Shown here: positions 47,945 through 54,881 of the stretch, piece by piece
Layout: each line of letters starts with the position of its first letter
Numbering within the stretch: position 1 is the stretch's first letter
IMG/VR virus record: IMGVR_UViG_3300049043_000070
Location: 1 to 64,000 of that record
Reading direction: 5' to 3' (one strand)
Source of the DNA: a virus
DNA: 64,000 nt
The notes under the pieces: generated by a model
The model's input: the letters and a program-made list of their open reading frames with translations, nothing else
What the model was told of the DNA's origin: nothing
The model's database searches: none
Translations under genes and position numbers: made by a program

Positions 47945-47983
47945 TTTTCCACAACCTGTGGAAACTGTGGAAACTGTGGAAAA
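47945..47983. repeat. Cluster of four DnaA-box-like nonamers
   Basis: TTTTCCACA, then inverted TGTGGAAAC, TGTGGAAAC, TGTGGAAAA, followed by ~125 bp of A/T tracts. Confidence 0.7.
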
Positions 47984-48109
47984 CTCAAAATCTTAAAAAT
48001 CTCATTTTTTTGATTTTTTGAGTTTTTTAGAAATCTTAGAATTTAACTTTTTTAGTTTTTTAAGATTTTTCATTTTTTTACCAATTAAACTTTAAAGATT
48101 AACACACAC

Positions 48110-48358
48110 ATGACGAAATCATTTCAAAAGCTTAATAGTTCTGCTATTAATAGTGTAGAAGTAGATGAAAATGTAGTTAAAGTAGTGTATAATAGTAACT
48201 TAGATAAAGAATATACATTTAACTGTGAAAATGTAGAAGAATTTGTAGAGAATTTGAGTAAAGAACTTGTAGATATTGAACTAGACAACAATAAAGGATC
48301 TGTTGGTCGTTTTATTAACCAACAGATCAAATCTGGTGTTCTAGTTCAATCTAAATAA
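48110..48358 (+). CDS. KTSC-domain protein
   Basis: NSSAINSVEVD...VKVVYNS...EYTF...GSVGRFINQQI matches the KTSC pattern. Confidence 0.65.
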   Translation: MTKSFQKLNSSAINSVEVDENVVKVVYNSNLDKEYTFNCENVEEFVENLSKELVDIELDNNKGSVGRFINQQIKSGVLVQSK

Positions 48359-48539
48359 TCACACACAATTTGAGTAACTAAGACCAGAAACAATGACCAA
48401 ACAAAACTATCGCTACAACAACAACGATAAGTTTAAACAATTTGATGAAGATTTTGAAGACTATGGATACGATGTAAAGAATATTCGTAGGCAGACTAAA
48501 AAGAAAGTTACCAAATTTAAGCGTGAAGTAGATGAATGG

Positions 48540-48598
48540 TATGACAGTTATTGAAGTGGCACAGTAGTCTCCCAATTGCCCCTGATCTGACCCATACT
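48540..48598 (+). promoter_or_regulatory. Palindrome-promoter cassette
   Basis: TATGACAGTT-N4-AAGTGGCACA, 29 bp, CATACT. Confidence 0.8.
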
Positions 48599-48962
48599 AC
48601 CTAAGTCAACCGCAATTCAACCAATGCGAGTTATCGAACGCAAGATGAACGCTGCCATTCACGCTGGCAAAGATTTCAAACTTGATAACACTCAAGTGGT
48701 TTCGTACACTAACAGCTCTGATGTGTACCTGCATGGTAATCTGATTGCTCGTGTGGGTGAGACTTGGGTGGAGATCTTTGATGGTGGTTGGCAATCTAAC
48801 ACCACCAAATCTCGCCTGAATGCTATTCTGCGTGAGCATGGTTGCCCTGGTGATTGTGTCTTCCAGAAGAACTATACGTGGTTTGTGACTTTCACAGATT
48901 GTAAAAATCAGAAAGTTACTGTTCCTTTCTTTTCTGGTATGCGTTTGAATTAGTGAAATTTC

Positions 48963-49047
48963 AAAATATCGGAAATCTCAATATTTTCATTTTATTGGGA
49001 TTTCCGATATTTTTATAAATTATAAATTATAACTTATAACTTATAAT
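48963..49047. repeat. 20-bp inverted repeat followed by five TTATAAH heptamers
   Basis: AAAATATCGGAAATCTCAAT (48963) and ATTGGGATTTCCGATATTTT (48994) pair with one G-T. TTATAAA x2, TTATAAC x2 and TTATAAT span 49013..49047. Confidence 0.9.
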
Positions 49048-49252
49048 AGGTTATATGTTATAATATACTATTAACATATTAATACTCAAAGAGGTTTATT
49101 ATGACTATTCAAGAGATGTATCAAGAGATGAAAGAACAAACTCTAGAAGATATCTTGAATGGATATAGTGATCTAGATATCTACGATGATAACTATACTA
49201 TCGTAGATATTGATTATACTACTCAAGAATAATCAATATTGTCAAGCTATAT

Positions 49253-49311
49253 TGTGCCAGTTTCTGAACTGTCCACTATCACTTGAAACTGGCACAGTTT
49301 GCTGCCATACT
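49253..49311 (+). promoter_or_regulatory. Palindrome-promoter cassette (extra half-site in spacer)
   Basis: TGTGCCAGTT-N4-AACTGTCCAC, 29 bp containing AACTGGCACA, CATACT. Confidence 0.8.
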
Positions 49312-49526
49312 AACAACATCAACACAAATCCGATGAACCTGAAGATCACTCACATCGTCTTTGATTGTACCTGTGACGATGAAGATTGGACCGATTATGA
49401 TGCTATTGAAACTGCCGACATGTTGGCATCTCGTTATGTAGAAACTGTGTGGGCAGTTGATAACGAAGATGATCTCGTTGAGTTTGTATCATCTAAGTCG
49501 GGATGGTGTATCAATGAGATAGATTA

Positions 49527-49585
49527 TGTGCCAGTAAATGAAGTGGCACAGTATCCTACCAAATGACCCTTAGGGGTGCCATACT
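49527..49585 (+). promoter_or_regulatory. Palindrome-promoter cassette
   Basis: TGTGCCAGTA-N4-AAGTGGCACA, 29 bp, CATACT. Confidence 0.85.
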
Positions 49586-50341
49586 TAACAAGTCAACACA
49601 AAACACATGCCTGACACTTACAATTTCACTGGCGATGGTGTTACTTTCCTTGGTTTGGTTGGTGTTATCTCCACCGCCATTATCATCGTAACTGCCTTCA
49701 CTCGTTACTACAATTCTCCCCTTCGGAAATGAACACTCAACTTCTTTCTGTTCGTGAGCAAATCCAACAGGACATTCTCACTTACGCTTCATTCATTGAT
49801 GATGAGAAAATCTTTTTTAATGATGAAGTTTTAGTTGAACTTTGTGAGATTGTTGTCCGTAACTTTGAGAAACTGAACTGATTATGTACCGTACACTTTC
49901 TGAACTTCGTGATAGCATCAACAGTATGATTGATGCTCAAGGTGAAGATGCTGCCTGTGCTGCATTTGTATTCACTCAACACGATGTCTTTGAGTTCAAC
50001 GAAGACACTAACCAAGACGACTATTTCTCTACACTTTTCACTCAAGATGTGCTCGCTGATGTAGGTGGTTCCGACTACATTTACGAACAGGTTGGTGAGA
50101 TGATTGATGATGCGATTCGTCTCCGTAAAAAACTTCCCCTCTACGCTAACTGAACCATGAGCAACACTTTTGACCGTCAGGCACTCGTTGAAGCATACAT
50201 CGACCGCCTGCTTGATAACATGAGCACCAAAGATTTGCTGCAGATTGTTGGTGACCAGATGGAAGAAAACATCACCAGCTATACTGATGAGGAACTGATT
50301 TCTGAGGTTGAGTCTTACTATCCTGATTTGTTGGAGGATTG

Positions 50342-50527
50342 ATGATGACTGACCCAAACCAACTCAATCTCTACAAAATGTACGATCACCTAAATCAAAC
50401 TTGCAAAAAGTGTGGTGAAGGTTACTATAAAGAAACGAGCATTCATGATGATTGGGATGGTGTTCTTCATTGCTCTAAGTGTGCTCATGAAGTGAAACGA
50501 CACATAAAAGTTTGGGACACAAAGTAA
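50342..50527 (+). CDS. Small zinc-ribbon protein
   Basis: CKKC...HCSKC Cys pairs. Confidence 0.55.
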   Translation: MMTDPNQLNLYKMYDHLNQTCKKCGEGYYKETSIHDDWDGVLHCSKCAHEVKRHIKVWDTK

Positions 50528-50550
50528 CACAAACTGGGCGGCCGCTTCGC

Positions 50551-50609
50551 TGTGCCAGTTGGCAGACTGTCCACCAATCCCCCCAGACTGCCCCTGGGGG
50601 TGCCATACT
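50551..50609 (+). promoter_or_regulatory. Palindrome-promoter cassette
   Basis: TGTGCCAGTT-N4-GACTGTCCAC, 29 bp, CATACT. Confidence 0.8.
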
Positions 50610-50775
50610 AGTCTCATGAAAACAAACAACCCCTACGTCGCTCAGATCCTCGCTAAGGGTCGGGACTATGTGCCCACCCCTGCCCCTAAGGCAGAGTACC
50701 CCCGTACCATCCATGGTCGGGTCTTTGAGACTGAGGCAGACTATCAGGAAGCGATGGCAGACTTCCTAAACGGTC

Positions 50776-50834
50776 TGTGACACTTGCGGGGGTGTCCACT
50801 GATGCCCCCATCCTGCCCAAATCCATTCTATCAT
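50776..50834 (+). promoter_or_regulatory. Palindrome-promoter cassette
   Basis: TGTGACACTT-N4-GGGTGTCCAC, 29 bp, TATCAT. Confidence 0.75.
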
Positions 50835-50855
50835 TCTCTCAGTTCAAACAAACAA

Positions 50856-51284
50856 ATGTCTGTCACCTTGACCGCTAACTATAAAGAAGTGCTCTCTGCC
50901 GATGCTGTAGAGAAGGTGGATGAGTTGCTCGAAGAGAATTATGCTCTCGACGACATGTTGGAGTTCATTGATAACTACAACGAAAACGATTTTGTTGCCT
51001 ATTATGAAGAGTATGTGCGCTGTGGTGAAGCGATCGGTTATGATGCCGTTGATGCTTTGATCGGTGAGATGGGTTGCGTTTCTGACATCGAAGGGTGTGA
51101 TGAACGCTACCGTGGTTGTTACGAATCCACCGCTGATTTTGCTGAAGAGTTTTACAACGACATCAGCGATGTGCCCTCTGCTTTGGTGATTGATTGGGAG
51201 GCGACCTACGATAGTTCGCTGCGCTACGATTTCACCGCTTGTGAAGTGAAGTATCGTGTGGTCTACATCTTCAGCGACTACTGA
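50856..51284 (+). CDS. ArdA-like acidic antirestriction (DNA mimic) protein
   Basis: Very Asp/Glu-rich. The C-terminal YRGCYESTADFAEEF...VPSALVIDWEATY...LRYDF resembles the ArdA C-terminal domain. Confidence 0.7.
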   Translation: MSVTLTANYKEVLSADAVEKVDELLEENYALDDMLEFIDNYNENDFVAYYEEYVRCGEAIGYDAVDALIGEMGCVSDIEGCDERYRGCYESTADFAEEFYNDISDVPSALVIDWEATYDSSLRYDFTACEVKYRVVYIFSDY

Positions 51285-51359
51285 TCTTCACCCCACAAAG
51301 TATACCTAACTCACCATGACGCATTTTACCATGCCCACCCTGCCCGTGATCCGTCAGCG

Positions 51360-51418
51360 AGGGACACTTGCCGAACTGGTCTACCTGTGGGCGATGCAGC
51401 GCCTGGGGTCTGTAGGAT
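51360..51418 (+). promoter_or_regulatory. Palindrome-promoter cassette
   Basis: AGGGACACTT-N4-AACTGGTCTA, 29 bp, TAGGAT. Confidence 0.7.
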
Positions 51419-51613
51419 ACGATCAAACAAACAAACCACATGACCAAGACAGAAGCAACCGCCCTCGCCATCGCCATCGTTCACAGCAACTGCCCCAACG
51501 CTGCCAACGGGCATGTGCGGATGCTGCATCAGACCCCTGAGGGTGCTGAGATGCTGCGCCTGATTGTTCGTGATGATCTCTGCGGTGCTGCTGACATCAT
51601 CGCCAACGCCCTG

Positions 51614-51672
51614 TGGCACAATCTCTGAACTGTCCACCATCCCCCAGGATCTGACCCCAGACCCTGTAGGAT
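51614..51672 (+). promoter_or_regulatory. Palindrome-promoter cassette
   Basis: Right arm AACTGTCCAC, 29 bp, TAGGAT. Confidence 0.7.
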
Positions 51673-51852
51673 ACAAACAACAAAGCAAACACCCCATGTC
51701 GTTTCTCGCCAAATCAATTCTGGTCATGCTGATGGGCAGCGTGACCATCGTGGCAGGTGCCCACGTCATGGATGCCGCCCTTAAAGTTCGGGATAAGATC
51801 GACCATCGCAACGCCCTAACCTGCCAGCAGATCAACGAGATCACCCCTGGAG

Positions 51853-51911
51853 GGTGCCACATGGGCAAGTGACCACCAGCCCCCAGGATCTGACCCCAGA
51901 CCGTCTAGACT
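51853..51911 (+). promoter_or_regulatory. Palindrome-promoter cassette
   Basis: GGTGCCACAT-N4-AAGTGACCAC, 29 bp, TAGACT. Confidence 0.75.
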
Positions 51912-52129
51912 GATCACAACGAAACGAAACGACCCATGACCGTTCGAACCAACGTGCTTCCCCTTGACCTCTGCACCGTCACCCTGACTGAGGCGCAGTG
52001 GTCTACGATCCGAACCGCTTTGCTGTGTCTCGCTTGCGACTGCCGTGTTGCTGGCAAGTCTACCGACGCAGACTACTACCTGAACGCTTACAACAACCTG
52101 AAGGCAGCGATGGGGATGGACGCCTGAGG

Positions 52130-52175
52130 CACTGTCCACCAGCTGCCCCATCGGGCACTGCTGACCCCTTATACT
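52130..52175 (+). promoter_or_regulatory. Half-site promoter cassette
   Basis: CACTGTCCAC, 30 bp, TATACT. Confidence 0.65.
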
Positions 52176-52460
52176 GATCACATCAGCAAACGACACATGA
52201 CCAACACCCTCAGCACCTACAACGGTTGGGCAACCTACGAAACCTGGAATGCCGCCCTGTGGATTGGCAATGATCAATTCCTCTACAACACCGCTAAGGC
52301 ATGTGTAGAGTACTGCGGCGATGATGAGACCCCTTGGGATAAGTTCGTTCGCTGCATGACCGATGGCATCATCGGGCGCCACCTTGTTCAGACCCGTGAC
52401 GGTGTGCGTTGGAATTCCCCGCCATTGATGCAGATGAGATGAACGAGATGATGGCAGAGC

Positions 52461-52520
52461 TGTGACGATCGAAGGGGTGGCACAGTCTGCCCCCGATCTC
52501 CCATCCTGACCCTGTAGACT
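52461..52520 (+). promoter_or_regulatory. Palindrome-promoter cassette
   Basis: TGTGACGATC-N4-GGGTGGCACA, 30 bp, TAGACT. Confidence 0.7.
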
Positions 52521-52994
52521 AACAGCATGAACAAACAACCCCTCCAACAGCAAGGCGCCTTCCTGGTCAACGAGACCGCCGCCAACGACCCCATCATCCA
52601 GCAGGTGATGGCATCCTACATGGAGCGCCTCGCCCAAGAGGCAGCATACCGCGAGGATGTGCGCTCTGGCAAGGTCGCCCCTGTCCAGACTGGTAGCTGG
52701 CACATCAGCGACCGCCACTGAGGGGTCGCCCCTGTAGACTAACCACAGATCAAACGAACCCAACCCATGGCAATCTACTCTCAGTGCTCTGACCTCGAAA
52801 CCCGTGAGACCATGTGGGTCGCTCGCAAGACAGAGACCGCCCGACAGACCCGCTACGCTGGCATGATCTGCCCTGCTGAGGGTTGGTGGTGGGCAGGCGT
52901 TCATGCCGATGCCTTCCATGAGGAGGCAGTCTCCAAACTCCCCACCTTCGGGTGACCCCCCATCCTACCACACCCCCATTTCTCTACACTAACC

Positions 52995-53174
52995 GTGACA
53001 ACCAAACAACTACAGAAATTGGCAAAGGTGCATGGGTGGACATTACATAGAAACGGTGGCAAACATTACATCTATCGCCACGAAGATGCAAGCAAACAAA
53101 TCACAATCCCCTATCAAGTTAAGTCATTCGTAGGGCGCAACATCGCCAAGCAGTTAGTGACAGTGGGGCAGTGA
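52995..53174 (+). CDS. HicA-like mRNA interferase (59 aa, GTG start; absent from the ORF track)
   Basis: MTTKQLQKLAKVHGWTLHRNGGKHYIYRHEDASKQITIPYQVKSFVGRNIAKQLVTVGQ has the HicA GW..R.G.H.I..H...IT.P pattern. A TACACT -10-like element lies just upstream. Confidence 0.72.
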   Translation: MTTKQLQKLAKVHGWTLHRNGGKHYIYRHEDASKQITIPYQVKSFVGRNIAKQLVTVGQ

Positions 53175-53258
53175 AATTGCCCCCTTAAGTATAACGGGGC
53201 GGCCAGAGCGGGTCCCATACAGCACCTCCCCTAACCTACAAAAGTATCCAGACGACCG

Positions 53259-53265
53259 ATAAATA
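53259..53265 (+). promoter_or_regulatory. Late promoter-like ATAAATA
   Basis: ATAAATA at the boundary between the GC-rich early region and the AT-rich late genes. Confidence 0.55.
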
Positions 53266-53325
53266 TTGTTGAAAATGGTTTTTTGAAAACCTCAAAAAAT
53301 AAAAAATTTTCCCAGAAAAAAAATC

Positions 53326-53565
53326 ATGAAAAAACCCGACTTTGAAGACTTTGATAGTATTCTAAATAACTTTGATGCCTTCTGTGACGAGTTTGAAAGT
53401 CGTGCTGCAGAGGCATTCCTACGAGGAGATCAAAATGATGGAAGAGTTACAAAGGCAACAGCAGAAATTGGAACAAGCACTCCTAACGCTGTCAGAGAGA
53501 TTACAGAGCCTGGACCAGCGAATATCACAGTTGGAGAGACCTACATTGATGTATCGTCGTCCTGA
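53326..53565 (+). CDS. Hypothetical protein (79 aa)
   Basis: MKKPDFEDFDSILNNFDAFCDEFESRAAEAF..., first ORF after the late promoter. Confidence 0.6.
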   Translation: MKKPDFEDFDSILNNFDAFCDEFESRAAEAFLRGDQNDGRVTKATAEIGTSTPNAVREITEPGPANITVGETYIDVSSS

Positions 53566-53665
53566 GAGTAAGAATTACGAGAGTTTGTCTGATACATTAG
53601 ATTATCTACACAACAATGTAGCTGGTATTAAGAAAGATCTGATTAGAGTTGCACAGACGGTATAA
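53435..53665 (+). CDS. Coiled-coil hypothetical protein overlapping the previous ORF in another frame
   Basis: GGAG RBS before the ATG, heptad-rich MEELQRQQQKLEQALLTLSERLQSLDQRISQLE. The stop overlaps the next start. Confidence 0.65.
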   Translation: MMEELQRQQQKLEQALLTLSERLQSLDQRISQLERPTLMYRRPESKNYESLSDTLDYLHNNVAGIKKDLIRVAQTV

Positions 53666-54048
53666 TGCCAAATATTGTAGGACCAGATACAGTTGATACA
53701 TCAAGTACAGATGGCAATTGTTTGTATCCAGCAAAAGCATTAGGAGGATCGCCTTTTATATCTTCTAATGTAAGAATGGAAGGACAGCAAGTAAAGTTTT
53801 ATAATTCTACAAATTTACCTTCATCTGTGGAAGGTTTAAAAATTAATCCTGCTATTCCTATTCCATGTCAACCTGGAATACGAAGAATTGAACCAGTAAT
53901 TAACAATAGTGTGTTGATCAATGGTCAACTTTTCGCAGTTACTGGTGATGAAGCAGATTTAATTCTTGGAGCAACAACACCTAGGACCTTGACAGGACCG
54001 TTTAGTTATCCTACAATAAAGATTGGTACACGATTACAAAATTCATAA
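53665..54048 (+). CDS. Putative PAAR-like spike tip protein
   Basis: Cys/Pro-containing, with NNSVLINGQLFAVTGD resembling a PAAR-type repeat. Lies in the baseplate gene cluster before gp25. Confidence 0.45.
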   Translation: MPNIVGPDTVDTSSTDGNCLYPAKALGGSPFISSNVRMEGQQVKFYNSTNLPSSVEGLKINPAIPIPCQPGIRRIEPVINNSVLINGQLFAVTGDEADLILGATTPRTLTGPFSYPTIKIGTRLQNS

Positions 54049-54049
54049 T

Positions 54050-54194
54050 ATGTCAAAAGCAAAAGGTGGTTTAGTCAAGACTGGTTACGTTGAGGGAACA
54101 CCAAAGAAGACCCGTCAAGGCGTTCAAAGAACACGACCTAAGTGCTACTTCTAGGAATGGTCGCAGTAAGCGTTATCGCGGTCAAGGTAGATAA
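54050..54194 (+). CDS. Small basic protein, frameshifted
   Basis: MSKAKGGLVKTGYVEGTPKKTRQG...SRNGRSKRYRGQGR, Lys/Arg-rich. Confidence 0.55.
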
Positions 54195-54200
54195 TAAATA
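54193..54200 (+). promoter_or_regulatory. Late promoter-like AATAAATA
   Basis: Variant of TATAAATA 60 bp upstream of the ATG at 54260. Confidence 0.6.
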
Positions 54201-54214
54201 GTAGTAGAGATAGC

Positions 54215-54259
54215 AACCTCTCTAAAAGTTCTGGAAACAGTACTTTAGAGAGGTTTTTT
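54215..54259 (+). terminator. Long GAAA-tetraloop hairpin plus U-run abutting a start codon
   Basis: AACCTCTCTAAAAGT-T-CTG-GAAA-CAG-T-ACTTTAGAGAGGTT, then TTTT-ATG. Confidence 0.7.
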
Positions 54260-54460
54260 ATGGGATTACACCCAGTTGATAAAGGTAATGAATTTGTTGA
54301 AAATGGTATGACGCTGATTACTGAAACTGACAGCGACAAATATTTAAAACTTGTAAAGAAAAGAAAAGACGAGTTATATTCTATTCCAGAAGATCGCTAT
54401 AGCAAACCATGTGGTGGTTCTGGCGGGTTTGATGATTTTGTTGAACGTTGGCACGAGTGA
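54260..54460 (+). CDS. Hypothetical protein (66 aa)
   Basis: Intact ORF between two late promoter-like sites. Confidence 0.65.
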   Translation: MGLHPVDKGNEFVENGMTLITETDSDKYLKLVKKRKDELYSIPEDRYSKPCGGSGGFDDFVERWHE

Positions 54461-54467
54461 ATAAATA
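54460..54467 (+). promoter_or_regulatory. Late promoter-like AATAAATA
   Basis: 22 bp upstream of the gp25 start. Confidence 0.6.
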
Positions 54468-54488
54468 ATAGCAACTTGCTGTGTCTAA

Positions 54489-54881
54489 ATGCCCGAATTT
54501 CAGACGTTCAAAGATTTGAGCGTTACTTTTAAGAAGCATCCTGTCACTGATGATCTTGTCATTGTGAAGGATAAGGCTGCGATTACACAATCAATTATAA
54601 ATTTGCTTCTTACGAATAAGGGCGAGCGTATGTTTCAACCAGAATTAGGTTCTGGAATATATGCCACACTATTTGAACCATTGGATTATGGTACTGCCGG
54701 TATCATTAGATCTACTGTAATTGATGTTCTAGAACGTTATGAACCGAGAATTGTCGTTTCAAATGTTATTGTAATACCAGATTTTGATTCAAATGGATAT
54801 TCGGTTGAACTAACTTATGTAATTCGTGGTAGAGAAGACACACCAGTAGCAGTAGAATTCTTCTTAGAGCGTACACGATAA
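54489..54881 (+). CDS. Baseplate wedge subunit gp25
   Basis: AAITQSIINLLLTNKGERMFQPELGSGI..LFEPLD...VLERYEPRI is the GPW/gp25 signature. Confidence 0.93.
   Translation: MPEFQTFKDLSVTFKKHPVTDDLVIVKDKAAITQSIINLLLTNKGERMFQPELGSGIYATLFEPLDYGTAGIIRSTVIDVLERYEPRIVVSNVIVIPDFDSNGYSVELTYVIRGREDTPVAVEFFLERTR

Larger units (their letters stand above)
36632..52955 (+). other. Dense array of small hypothetical early ORFs
   Basis: Head-to-tail + strand ORFs, often with ATGA overlaps, e.g. 36632-36826, 36864-37007, 37342-37695, 37750-37977, 38720-38995, 39081-39341, 39632-40042, 39999-40298, 41074-41490, 41567-41770, 41767-42000, 42164-42379, 43237-43419, 43416-43640, 43637-43897, 43894-44079, 44931-45362, 45923-46222, 46219-46419, 48624-48953, 49332-49566, 49884-50153, 50157-50342, 50616-50780, 51440-51628, 51696-51872, 51936-52127, 52197-~52465, 52527-52721, 52767-52955. 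Confidence 0.75.

Noticed and set aside
36777-52520. CRISPR array or integron attC array
   Set aside because: Repeats are degenerate, unevenly spaced by whole genes and tied to -10 boxes. No cas or integrase gene is visible in the window.
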